NCBI GenBank assembly: GCA_964016885.1
Contig: OZ024742.1
Location: 169,818,001-169,882,000, forward strand
Length of the DNA stretch: 64,000 bases
Source: Eledone cirrhosa
Lineage: Eukaryota
Direction: 5' to 3'
The notes below the pieces were generated by a model that saw only the letters and a program-made list of their open reading frames with translations, was not told the DNA's origin and made no database searches. The translations under genes were made by a program, and so were the position numbers. The number at the start of each line of letters is the position of its first letter. The first letter of the stretch is position 1. This document shows positions 26,225 through 39,860 of the stretch, one piece after another.

Positions 26225-27545
26225 TTAGGCAAGGCGGGTCTTCTGTATTACTACGTAGCGCCAAAGATCTCGGTCCAGTGACATTGTCTTGGAGAGATGT
26301 AAGTGTGTGAAGTCGGAATTTATCAAGTCGTCCCAAGTTTTTCTGGGTCTGCCTACTCTGTGGCTACCGTCTATTTTTATTGCCCTGCACTTTTTTATAC
26401 AGCTGTCGTCTTTCATGCGCATCACGTGACCGTACCAACGTAGTCTTCTCTCGAGTAAACAACATCTGATCCCTCTTATTTCTAATTTTTCACTTAGTTC
26501 ATTTATGCTTTGCCGTTCACGTATATTACTATTACACATCCAGCGAGCATGCAAGCTTCGTTCCTCTCCAGTCTGCGTATATCCTCAGCACACAATGTCC
26601 AGGTCTCACTGCCATGCAACATTGCTGTTCGTATGCAGGCATCATACAGCCTGCTTTTCATTTTTAGAGAGAACCCTTTAGCGGCTAATAGTGGTATAAG
26701 CTCTCTGAACTTTTTCCATCCAGTTCTGACTCTAGCTACTGTACTTTCAGAGCACCCTCCACCACTGCTGATTTTGTCACTCACCCAAGTAACGGAAGGT
26801 GTCCACTATTTCTATAGAACCATCTGTGCAATGGAATGAGCTAGTATTCTGTGGGCACTTGCTGCTACTTATTGCACCAGAGCACCGGCCACATATAAAA
26901 TCTATATTCTTAGTTAGCTTACCTGTGATCCCACTACATCTTTTATGCACCCATACTTTGCATTTGGGACATAAAATGGAGTTTCTGCCTACTCCTTTCC
27001 TACACACTGAGCATGGCCATTTCCCGGATGGGACCGGTGCCCTATTTTCCTTCCTACAAACTAGAACTTTAGTCTTAGACAGGTTAATTTTAAGGCCTTT
27101 TGATTCTAGGCCATGCTTCCATGTTTGGAATTTCTTCTCTAGTTCAGCCATTGATTCAGCTATGAGTGTTAGATCATCTGCATATAGAAGTTCCCATGGG
27201 CAGCTGGTCTTGAACTCCTCTGTTATAGCCTGAAGGGCAATAATAAATAGTAGGGGGCTAAGAACGGAGCCCTGATGAACACGAACTTTTATGCTAAACT
27301 CTTCACTATATTCGTTGTTAATTCTAACCTTGCTGACTGTTTCTTTATACATGGCTTGTATAGCTCTCACAAGCCATTCCTCAACACCTAGTTTTCTAAG
27401 GGCCCACCAGATAATGGAACGGGGGACTCTGTCAAAGGCTTTCTCCAAGTCGACAAAAGCTAAGTATAGGGGTTTACTTTTAGCTAGGTACTTCTCCTGT
27501 AGTTGTTGTACAATGAAAAGAGCGTCTGTGGTACTTTTACCTGAC
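26225..27545 (-). mobile_element. RTE-like LINE, RT to 3' end, with PHD-like insert
   Basis: FVDLEKAFDRVP, QGSVLSPLLF, YADD, C4HC3 finger, LRWYGHVMR, GRPRKTW. Confidence 0.93.
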
Positions 27546-27607
27546 ACAATATATATATCTCTATCAAAACACCCCCCCGTGCAAGCGTGGAACACGGACG
27601 CTAAACC

Positions 27608-27638
<31 letters not shown>

Positions 27639-27659
27639 ATATATATATATATATACATA

Positions 27660-29060
27660 TATGATGCTCTAGAAAGGAGCAACTATAGAGGAATAAAACT
27701 AATGGGTCAAGTTATGAAAGTGATAGAGTTATGAAAGTGATAGAGTTCTAGCCCGGCTAATTAGGGAAAGAGTCACACTAGACGAGATGCAGTTTGGTTT
27801 TGTGCCTAAAAGTACTACAGATTCCCTCTTCCTAGTAAGACAATGACAAGAGACGTTCCTAGCCAAGAATAAACCACCATATTTAGCTTTTGCTGATCTA
27901 GAAAAGGCCTTTGACAGAATACCTCGATCTGTTATCTTGTGGTCCTTAAGGAACACCAGATGTAGAATGGCTTTTGGGAGCAGTTAAAGCCCTGTACAGA
28001 GGAGCTGTCAGTAAAGTGAGAGTAGGAAAGGAGTTTAGTGAGGATTCAAGGTACAGGTAGGAGTTCATGAGGGTTCAGTCATAAGCCCACTTCTATTCAT
28101 TATAGTTCTCTAGGCCATACCAGAGTAGTTTAAGACTGGCTGTCCATGAGAACTTCTTTATACTGACGATCTGGTTCTTATAGCTGAATCCGTAGAACTA
28201 GAGAACAAATTGAGACTGTAGAAACAGAATTTACAATCAAAACAGCTGAGAGTAAATTTTAAAAAACCTAAAGTGTTAGTAAGTAGGAAAGAAATTAAGA
28301 CCCTGATCCCATCAGAGAAGTGGCACTATTTGATATGCAGAAAAAGAGTAGGTAGAAATTCTATATGATGTACAATGCAAATCTTGGGTACACAGGATGT
28401 GTAATGGGATAGCAGGCAGACTAACAGGAAAGGAAGACTTTGTATGTGATAGTTGCATAGGGATAGTAAGATAGGCAGAGATGCAATTAATCCTTCTCCA
28501 ATCACATGAAGATCCATAGAAATGGCTGATATCTTGTTAAATAGGTGATTTAATTAGCAGTGGAAGAGGGTGCTCTGAGAGCATAGTAGCTAACATACAG
28601 GGAGGCTTGAAGAAGTTTAGAGAGATACTCCCTCTGTTGACAACAAAGGGTTTCTCCCTACGACTTAAATGCCAGAAGCATTGTAGGGAATCATGGGCAG
28701 TGACAGCTGAGGATATGCATAGGCTAGAGAAAAATGAAGCAAGCATACTTTGATGGATGTGCAGTGTTAATGTGAGAGAACGACAGTTTGGCTGAACTGA
28801 GAAAAAAAAGAGTTTAAGAAGAATCAGAAGTACAGCTCAAAAGAGAAGATTGTATTGGTGTGGACATATGATGTGCATGGATGATGATTGCTGGATGAAA
28901 ACATAGAAGGAAGGTTCAGTAGAAGACTTTGGGTGATGTGAAAGCTGATCTCGAATTGTTGAAACTCATAGAAAAGATGACAAAGGAATTCAACAAGTGG
29001 AGAGATGCTGTGCTGAAAAAGATCTGTCCAACACATTCAAGCATGGAAAAACTGACATAA
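27660..29060 (+). mobile_element. Decayed RTE-like LINE of the same family
   Basis: NYRGIKL, QFGF, DLEKAFDR and later motifs, with many stops. Confidence 0.85.
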
Positions 29061-29139
29061 AAACAATGAAGATAATATACACACACACATATACATATAT
29101 GTAGTTATATGTGTGTCTGTGTATATATATATATATACA

Positions 29140-30525
29140 TATCTAATTAGAGAAAGGGTCAAATTAGATGAGATGCAGTTTGGTTTTGTGCCTGAGAAGA
29201 GTACAACAGATGCCCTCTTCTGAGTAATCAACTACAAGAGAGGTTCTTAGAGAAGAATAAGCCACTACACTTAGCTTTTGTTGACCTAGAGAAGGCCTTT
29301 GATAGAGTACCCCGATATGTCATCTGGTGGTCTCTAAGGAAACTAGGTGTAGAGGAATGGCTTGTGAGGACAGTGCAAGCTATGTACAGGGGTGCTGTCA
29401 GTAAAGTGAGAGTAGGTATGGAGTTTAGTGAGGAATTCCAGATACAAGTAGGAGTGCATCAAGGTTCGGTCCTCAGCCCGCTCTTGTTCATTATAGTCCT
29501 CCAATCCATAACAGAGGAGTTTAAGACTAGCTGCCCATGGGAACTTCTCTATGCTGATGATCTGGTTCTTATAGCAGAATCAGTAGAGGAGCTAGAGAAT
29601 AAATTCTGGCTATGGAAACAGCAGTTGGAAGCAAGAGGACTGAAAGTAAATCTAGATAAGACTAAAGTGTTGATAAGTAGAAAAGAGGACAAAACTCTGA
29701 TTCTATCTGGGAAATGTTCGGTATGTAAAAAAGAGTTGGCATAAATTCTATAAAATGTACACAATGCAGATCTTGGATACACAAAAGATGTAGTGGGATA
29801 GCAGGCAAACTAACAGGTAGGGAAAACTACATATGCAGTAGATGTACAGGAAAATTTGACAGTAGAAGTCGCAGTGATAGACATATTTTTCAAATGCAGG
29901 TAGGATCTATAGAGGTGGTTGATAGCTTCCGATACCTAGGTGATCAGATTAGCAAGGGAGGAGGGTGCTCCGAGGCCATAATATCTATAATAAGGACGGG
30001 TTGGAAGAAGTTTAGGGAGCTGCTTCCTCTGTTGATAAAGAAGGGTTTTTCCCTACAAACGAAAGACTGGTTATATGATGCCTGTGTGAGATGCGCGATG
30101 CTGCATGGTAGTGAGACATGGGCAGCAACTACGGAGGATATGCGACAGCTGGAGAGAAATGAAGCAAGCATTCTCAGTTGGATGTGCGATGTCTATGTGC
30201 ATGAATGACCAAGCGTAGATGAGTTGAGAGAGAAACTGTTGTGTATAAGAAGGATAAGTTGTAGTGTGTGGGAGAGAAGACTGCGTTGGTATGGACATGT
30301 GATACGCATGGAGGATGACCGATGGGTGAAGAAGTGCCAAGAAATCCCAGTAGAAGGAAGACCAAGAAAAACATGGGTGGAGGTGGTGAGAGCTGACATC
30401 AGATCGTTGAAGCACACGGAGGACATGACAAAGGACTGTGACGAATGGAGAGATGCTGTGCTGAATAGGACCCGTCCTACCCTTGCAATCAGGGAAAAGC
30501 GCACGTAAAATGATGATGACGATGA
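29140..30525 (+). mobile_element. RTE-like LINE, RT to 3' end (close to 15685-16860)
   Basis: ORFs 29364-29744, 29894-30208 and 30224-30508 carry RT motifs; (GAT)n tail. Confidence 0.92.
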
Positions 30526-31683
30526 TCTACACACACACACACACACACATATTTGTGTGTGAGTTAAGCACATGCTTCTTTATATCAATATTTAAAGTAG
30601 TGTTTTTTTATGTTCTACATAATGTCCCACAATGTTACAGTTCAACAAAAATGATCAGTATATACTATACTTATAAAGTATGGCTTGGACATAGTAAAGA
30701 TGTTTTTTTTTTAATCTTCTCTCGCCCATGCTAGTATGGAAAAAGTGGACATAAAAGTGAGATACACACATTCACAATACATATATATAGCCCCACCTTC
30801 CCCAACTCCTGATAGAGGCGTAAGAACACCATGTGTCGATCATTTAAACCAGCCGTATACGGCCTGAATTCTCTCACCTCTTTCTGTTCAAAATGGTTGT
30901 AACCAGCTGCTCATACTGATGTTAAGGTATTCTTTTCAAAATAAATAATATCAAAATCTCATAGATTTGATATTATGTGAAATAATTATGTAAGATAAAG
31001 CCTTTACCGTGAAAATATAATATTAAATATAGAGTAATGTAAATGCTAAAGGTTAAACTTGGCAACACCCACCCCTCTCCAGGTCTGAACACAGCTGATT
31101 TCTTCCTGAGAAGGATTGAAAGGAAGTGAGGAAGGGATATAGAGGAAGAATTGAACCCAGAACTGGATTGACACTTATTTTTTATCAACTTTAAATTAAA
31201 TGGATGAAAGGCAAAGTTAACCACAGCAGGATTTGAACTTAGAAAGTTAGAATGATTCTTGAAAAGCGTTCATCATCATCATCATTTTATGTCTGCTTTT
31301 CCCAGCTAGCCTTTATAAATACCTTATTTCAAATTTGTGCTTATAATATTTAACCCTTTCAATACTGTATTCCTACTTTGTATTTTAATTAGTGGAAAGT
31401 GTGAGAAGGATTTACTACAATTATGATGATGATGGTAATTTGTAACAAAACAAAATGCTTCTCATATAAAATTATTTTGGAAAGTGGGTGATTTAGTTTC
31501 ATAGAACCAGAGGTGGTTTTGAGTGGGTTGGTATCAAAGAGATTAATATTGAATTGATGATGTATTTTTGACTGAGTTAATTAGTTTTTCTTATATTAAC
31601 TTTATCACTATTGATGTGTGTTTTTGACTGATGACTTTTATTAGTTTTCTAATATTAACTTTACCACTATTTTCTTATTTTAG

Positions 31684-31762
31684 AGATGCAGATATAATGA
31701 GGAAGAAACAAGAGAAGAACAAATCGGTGGACTCCTCTGCAACAACAGCCGCTGCAAAATAA
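31684..31762 (+). CDS. SERF2: SERF exon 3 (RDADIMRKKQEKNKSVDSSATTAAAK*); full CDS is 210 nt / 69 aa
   Basis: SERF RDxxIMxxKQ motif; ttttag acceptor; TAA at 31760-31762; AATAAA downstream (~31895, ~32170). Confidence 0.93.
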
Positions 31763-32584
31763 TATTTTGTCTAGAGCTATACATTGTGTGGCTCTCCCCT
31801 TTGCACTCTGTCACCTTTTCTCAAAGCAGCTCTAAGTAGTTTCTTAGGAAATTGGCTCTTGTCCACGCCTCCCCTCTTTCTCCCCTCTCTTCAAAATAAA
31901 ACAATGATGTATTTTTCTTTTCTTTTTAGTGAATCAGTTATTTTACTTATTTACTCAATTTATAAACCTTCTTTTCCTCCCCCTCACCCACCCCCTGAAG
32001 TAACATAATACCCTGTAAATTAATTGGTACTATCTCTGTGCTGTGGTTTTCCACTGTTACAAAAAAAAAAAACCTTTGTGTTGCCAGACAGCCTAAAAAC
32101 TCATGCCATTTATGTACATAAAAAAAACATCCTTCAAACTTTTTAATCTTACCAGATGATCATCGGTTGAATAAAATAAGTTCTCTTTAACTTTGCAAAT
32201 ACAGCTGAACCTTTCTAACCAGATTTTTTTCCCTCCTAAATATTTCTTCTTGTCTCCTTAAAATAAAAAAAAGGTGTGCAGATGAAACTATTTGCAGTTT
32301 TTCCTTTATTCATTCTCAGATTCCCAGTTGTCTGTCTTTTATCTTGACTTGTGTAATTCATTAAAATTGCATGGAATCTTGATAAAGAAAAAGGGTGCTG
32401 TTTAGGATTTTTAGTACCATAACGGCAATGTACAAGAAACTGAAAGAATGAATAAAAGATTGGAAATGGAGAGAATGTGTTCCATCTCCCACACAAAAGC
32501 TAGTTCTGAGCCACCTACAGATTTTGTTGAAAAAAAAAAAAAAGGCAAATTATTTCCACAAGAAGAAAATAGTATGACAGTAAT

Positions 32585-32820
32585 GGGGCCACTCGTCTCA
32601 TCTTTACCTAAAATAATGACATGACTGGAACCCTTGGTGTTATCTTTACATAAAACGACAAGACTGGAGTCACTAATCTCATCCTTACATAAAATGACAT
32701 GACTGGAACCCTTATTGTTATCTTTACATAAAATGACAAGACTGGGGCCCCTAGTGTCATCTTTACATAAAATAATGACAAGACTAGATCCCCTATCATT
32801 AAAATATAAGAGACTAGCAA
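32585..32820. repeat. Minisatellite with a ~39-45-bp unit (TCTTTACATAAAATGACA(A/T)GACTGG...), downstream of or within the SERF 3' UTR
   Basis: About 5-6 tandem units visible. Confidence 0.8.
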
Positions 32821-35800
32821 AACCTGTGCAGGTTTCAGCTTTAAAAACAATAAATGAATAGCTTGGAACATTCATTTATCATAGCATTTTATTCAACGTT
32901 TGCAATATTTGAAAGGTAATGCTTGTAAAATGGTTGATGAGAAATTGTGATGCTCCTATCTTAAATATTATATATTCTATTTTTACATTACTTGAGGTGA
33001 CAGGTAACCTCAAGAAATATTCATATTGGACATTATTTCCCAATGTTGTTTTTTTCAAATCATCTATTTCTTATAAAATATTTTTTCCTCTGAGGAGCAT
33101 TATTATTATTATTTCTTTAAGTAGAGAAGAAACTTCTCTACAATCTCTAATATTATCGTTTCTCTCTGAAAAGGGAGATCTTATCAAATTCAGTCAGTAA
33201 ATAGAGTTGAAATTTTGTATATTTATTTTGTCCACATTATCAGCTAACTCTGTGTGGTGGTAGTGCTGGCACCACAACAAAAAACATCTAATTCACCCTA
33301 TAAAGTAGTCATGCTGGTGCCACAAAAAAAGCACTGAATCTGCCCTGTAAGGTGATATTGCTGTTCATGATAAAATGCACCCAGTACATGTAAAGTGGTT
33401 GGCATTAGATCGGTCATCCAGCGATAGACAATCAAGCTGGAAATGGTATGAATAAGACATGGTCACCTGACAGTAGATGTAGTATGTGACAGCTTATCTA
33501 ACCCATGCAACCCTGGAAAATAAATATTAAATGGTAATTTGAGACCTCTGCTGATGGGAGTTATATTATATATCTGACACTTGCCAGGTGACCACACTAT
33601 TAATCATACTTTATTAGGCAGAGAAAAAAATAGTAGATAACTAGCTGGAGAATATCATACTTTGAGAAAATGGATTGACAAGTTCTCTTTATTTTGTGTA
33701 CATTGGTATTAGATTGACACAAGTCCAAAAAAGAATGAAGACAACAGGTGTAACCACAATGTCATAGTCATCACAGAATAATACATTAGTAGTAGTATGA
33801 CATCTTCCTACTATGTGGGTGGCTAGTTTGTGTCCTGTTCCAATGGACAGTTTAAACATCTCAGTAACAATCTCCGATGAGCCAGCTGTCTTCCTTACAT
33901 TCATATTCTGAATTGCCTTTTCTATTATACTGTTGTCCACATGACTGATTCCTCAGTTGGGTCTACTTGGGCTAAACCCTCCCCACTTTCCAATACATTC
34001 TCTTCATTCAATGACTTATAACGCTTCCATGTGCATACATACACACACATATATAATATATATATTCATAGAAAATGTAGGAAACTCAGACAGAAATAAC
34101 TATACAGTCAGTTGCCATAATTAATAGCTTCGAAAATGGGGTAAAATGCCCCTCTTGATGGAAAAAAAGTGACCAGCAGCTGGATGCAGAATATATGTGA
34201 AGGCAGGAGAAAAATGAAGTGAATCTGCTCTATTGGAGATGTAATGTTAGTGTGTATGATTAACAAAGTATGGATAAGCTGAGAAAAAAACTGGCTATAA
34301 AAAGAGTCAGATATTGTGTGCAAGAGAGAAGACTGTTTTGGACATGTGATGTGTATAGATAAAAAAGTACAAAAAGATCACAGTTGAAGGATGCTGTAGC
34401 AGAGGAAAACTTGGACAAGGGGTGAGAGCTAATCTCAAAATGCTCCTCAATGAGTACAGGCAGGTTGTGCTGGAGAAGGCTACTCTAACCCAGGAAAACA
34501 TGGACCTCACCACAATGAGTCGAGGCAGAAAATGCTGAAGAAGGCCTGTCCAACCCAGGTAAACAGACATCACCTCCTGTGTTTAGAGGCAGGTTGTGCT
34601 GAAGAAGACCCAGCTAACCCAGACAGACAAGCATGAACATACAATAGATGATGAGAGAGAGATCTATCTGGCACAGTAAAGATACCATAGCATTTGGAGA
34701 GAGCAAGTAGCTAAAGGAAGTCCAGAGGGTTCTGATCACATTGATGCAACAGAAGAATGAAAGAATAACTAAATGTACACTTAATGATGAAAAGTAATAT
34801 TTACAGATTTCTCTTTGATGTTATCTACATGAAATGGAAAAAACAAAACAAAAAACAATAACTCAAGTTAAGATATTCTATTTATTGAACATTACAAAAC
34901 TAACTAGAAAAGAATAGTGGTGAAGAAAAAACATTTAACCATTTTTATTTTCTCATGAAATACACTGATTATGTATTTCAATTATTTTTGAAAACAACTA
35001 GTTGATATTATGGGTGGAAAGGTTTTGTTATAAACATTCTTAAATGAGTAGTTTTGTATGAAAAGGGTTAATCAATATCAGCCATAGAAAGCTTGCCAAA
35101 CAAAGAGTTGGGAGACCCCTTCAATTGTAACAAAACATGACATCCTCCCTAGTACTGGTGCCACAATAAAATGCATTTAGTAAAGCATGGGTGCATATGC
35201 AAGCGAGATGCGGGCTCCCAGTCTGTCTCGGAGATCAGTAGATCTGCCTCAGTACCGACATGGTCTGTGAACACCTGACCAGACCTTAAATAATGATGAT
35301 GATAAGTTAACATTAAATCATCATTACCATTGTCATCAACATCTGTTTTTCTGTGCTGGAATGAATTAGACAGGATTTTGAAGCAGTGTTTTATAGCTTA
35401 ATTCTCTTCATGATGACAAAACTTGAAGTCACCTCCTATGACAGTCAGAGATAAAACACACCTATTCTAAAAACTGCTACACATGAATAATAATTATGCA
35501 TTCAAATTTAGATTTTTTAAAAGAATTATAAAATATTTTTCATTCTAGGATTCGTACTATAAATACAATTTAACTCTTAATGTCTTGTACCACATGAAAC
35601 CACATTAGTAAAACAATCTTGAAAAGTATAAAACAGTACTGTGACTGTATCACATTAAAAATTGATTTATAATATTAATATGGAAGTTATTTAATATATA
35701 ATACACATGCTAGCGTGGAAGAACGGACGTAAAACGGTGATGATGACATAAAGTGGTCGTGTAGGTGTCACAACAAAAAGCACCCAGCCCACACTAAGGT

Positions 35801-38800
35801 GGCCGTGTAGGAGTCACGGCAAAAAGCAGACACTGTAAATGTTGTTGGCATTTGGAAGGGCATCCAGCTGTAGAAACCTAGCCAGAAACAGTCCTATATG
35901 AGTAAGACACGGTCACCTGACCCAACTTACCTCAAATGGGATGACCAGTCTAACCCATGCTAGGGTGGAAAATGGACGTTAAACGATGATGATGAATACA
36001 ATATCAACATGGGAGTTATTTAAAATATAATACAATATTAATATGGAAGTTATTTAATAAAAGCTTGAAAATGAATTAAAGTAATTTCAGTCCCAGCTTC
36101 AGTTGGCTTTGGCATCCTATCTAGGGTTACATAGTTGACTTCAAAATACTAGATTAGTTTTCGGTTTGTGTGGAGGAGGATGGAGCACGAAGCTAGCAAC
36201 TTCATCTTCATTCATAAAAAAAATGTTATAGAAACAATGAGTAAACACCTAGTCTGGAAACAGACTTATGGCAGGGGTTCTAGCCATGTGGAATGGAGAT
36301 ATCTTATAATTCAATGCTTCATGAGGAGCAAAAGGAATTGACTAAGAAGATAATAAAATATTAACATGATGTTAATTAAGAGAAGAGAAATATCAACATG
36401 AGAGTTATTTAGGACAAGATTTAAATGAAATATTAGAATTAAATAAATAACTATAGCTAAGTATCACTGCCAACAGTTTTAGATAAATAAAAAAAAAAAC
36501 ACCCGAACATATTAAACAGAAAACCACGATAACGGTTCTCCTTACATTGTACAAGTAACTAAGGACCTCATCAGATAGGAAAAATTACTTCTCTCATCAT
36601 ATTGTCTCGACATTGTTCCTACTCATTAGCATTTCATTAAGGAATTTACAAAATCATTTCGATAAATTTATGTAAACATAGGTAAATTTGGCTATCAAGG
36701 GATTCCTAGAGTGATAGTTCAATTTTATGTTATTTCTACAAACGAGTTCCAACCCCGTTTCAACTAATGTTGTGGATGACCATTTTTGCTTTTCTAAATT
36801 TAAGTTATTTCACTTTAGATTGACTAAAACGTTTACTAACTTCTGAGAGATCCCCATATCACACTTGTGTTATATAATAAATACTTAGTGCTAGCATCTC
36901 TCAATAGAACAGGTTTCTACAGAGCTTGTGAATGTAATTAGTTAAATTAGAGTTGATTCCCCTGACGTTGTTTAAAGTTAACCAAAATAGATTTTCTTCG
37001 TCAACTTTAGTTATTATTTATAACATAACTGTAGTTTGTTGAATGTTCAGTTGGACCTATGTGGACTAGCAGTAATATAGGTAAACTAGTTGCTAATTTT
37101 CAGAAGTGAATATTGATGCTGACCTCTATCTAGGTCATTTCAGTATTTCATATTGGGACTATATTGATATGTAAGTAGCATTCAGCATAGTTACGTCCCT
37201 TTACTATCTAAGGTTGACTTTGCCTTTCATCTTTACGGGGTCGATAAAATAAAGTACCAGTAATGCACTGGGTAATTGCTGGCCTTGTGCCTAAAGTAGA
37301 AAGAATTATATCTATTTAAATCAAATACATCTTACGTTCAGATGTTAGCTTAATATCTGGGGAAATATGCTAGAAGATATCTTTATTTTACCTCAGTATT
37401 AGCCACAACGTTATACCACTTTGATTGGTTTGTGTGATTGTGTATTCAAGACTCTCTTCTCTCTGTAGACTACATTTCATGTTGTGTTTATTACATTTGT
37501 AAACATAACAGAGGCGATGACTACTCTAATATTTAGGATAGTTTCCCACATGAATGTTGTAACAAAATATATTTTTTCATTATTGAATACTTTCTGTTTG
37601 TAACATTAATCACAACTCAAGAATACATATATATATGTGTGTAACAAAGAAGATGTGGTAAGATACCAGGTGGACCATAACGCACCAGAACACTCGATAC
37701 TTAGGGTAGTAGAGTGGGTAATATGAAAAGAGTCAGGATCCCGACACATATTTGTGTGTGTGTGTTCCAAATCGCACCAGTTTTAAAATTGTGTAGAGTG
37801 TGCTATCACTATACATCAAGTTGGAACGAGAGTTCTCTTCGATTTTAACTTGTATTTTACAAATCAAAATAGCGGTATATAATCATCAATATATTCTCCA
37901 TTGTTTTCGATAATGTTATTCCATCTGTTAACAATAAATACCTTGTTTATATAATTACTTGTGTACAGTGCTCAGGTGCACTACAACTCATCAAAGGTGC
38001 ATGTATAGTACATAGAATAATGTACAAATGTCAGGAAAATTAACAGTGTATGAGTCATGATATAATAATAATAATAATAATAATGAAATATTGTGTACAG
38101 TGCCCAGGTGCACCACAACTCATCAAAAAGTGCATGTACAGTACATAGGGCAATGCACAAACATCAGTAAAATGGAGACCAACTCACTTTTTACTCCATC
38201 TCTTGATATTAGGATACATTTTTATTATTACAGTCTCAGAGACGAGTATGATGTTATCGATTTGGGGAACCAATAAAAAAGAAAACGAGTACGACGATTT
38301 TAAATGCCATATTCGATCCAAACATAAAAAATCACTGAAAACATTCCAGATTTAGAAACTAGTATTAAAATTGAAAAATATTTACTACTTATACTCTTCT
38401 GCGAGACTAGTGTAATAAAAAAAAATTACTGATGGTTGCATAAATTTATCGAAATGATTTTGTAAACTCCCTAAAGAAATGCTAATGAGACGTAGGATAT
38501 ATTTTTATTATATGCAAATGAGCATTACCAACCAATATTTTCTATTTGCTAACATTTGTACAAAAGATATATCTGATATAAATAGATATAATGCTACTTA
38601 CATATTAATATAGTTCCAATTTGAAATATATATATAAGAGACAAAAAGATTGGAGAGACATGCACACTCAATCACACAACAATGGGCTCTGGTATTTCCC
38701 TCCTGTAATTTTTGAGGCATGTCACAGGTGATAGCAATCCTGTTGGCTTACCTAAAGAATTATATTTTATGTTTATTTGAATTATTAATTGTATAAACAA

Positions 38801-38919
38801 CATTACAAATTATTTATAATTCTGACAATAAAAATGTACACACATAATATATACAATACTTAATTATATAAATATTTTGCATAAAATGTAATGTGTGTCA
38901 ATCAGTCATACATCACCAC

Positions 38920-39860
38920 AAGGAGCACTGGAACCTCTCTCTAATACTTTTTGCAGCAAACCAACACACTGATCACATTACCATGAAAAATAGCAAGGCT
39001 AAGGCATTGGAACAACCAAGCACCGGCATGGGCATCAACTGACACCTCAGTAAGGCGAGCTGCCAACGATAACAAGAACTCTGTTGTCAGCGGTCCAGCT
39101 CCTCCAATCATCTCAAATGCCACAGGTTGGAAAGAATAATATGTTGATAATTCCTGACATCTTAGAATTTTATTCCATTCGGCTATGGAACCAGAGACCA
39201 TCACATTTACTGCAGCATCCAAAATGTGAGAAGGAGCAAAAGAGTCACTGACTGTGGTGTCCCAAATGAAACATCTACCTCTTACTCAGGGACAAAGGGT
39301 AAGACAACCTGGTCTCTTCCCATCAACTCTGGACAATCCAGAATTCAGTGGATATTTACCTGAGCCAGGGCCCTTTTAATAATTAAGTTTAACTCAGTAC
39401 GATGAGCGAAATGCATTCAGACTGCAAGACAAACCATAGAGACCTATGGAGTTGACGGGCCTACCACGGTAACATTTCAGTTCCCCCATCCCCAGGTATT
39501 GACTTCTACTCTGAGTGTAATGGAGAGACAGAGCTCATTCGGACTGAGTAGGCTACTAATGTTGGCTATGGGCAGGGCTTGACCCAGTTCCTCGAGAACT
39601 TGTAGATAGGTGACAACTTGAGAATTGATCATATTGATCAAAGAGAGTTAAAGGTGTCTCTCAAATGCAGATTATCTTTGCTTCAGTCTATCCTCCTCTG
39701 TATCAGGAACTAACAAACCTAGCCCCCTCCACTGTAGTAGAGTTTCATCCATCTCCCTGTTGGAACTAGTCCATGATAGAGAGGAGAAGATCTTACCTAC
39801 CAAAGAGGAGCAAGCATGGATGGAGGAATGAAAGCAGGGAAGTGGTGTGACCAATTGACA
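38920..39860 (-). mobile_element. Decayed CRE-like non-LTR element, 3' part
   Basis: FQPVAFE..G..G...AGAWLFQCLSLAIFHGN; its 3' tail is shared with 54861-54883 and 56781-56803. Confidence 0.75.

Noticed and set aside
36520-36582. Hammerhead on the - strand (CUGAUGA-GGUCCUUA..UAAGGA-GAAC)
   Set aside because: GAAA and the stem I partner are missing; at most a relic.
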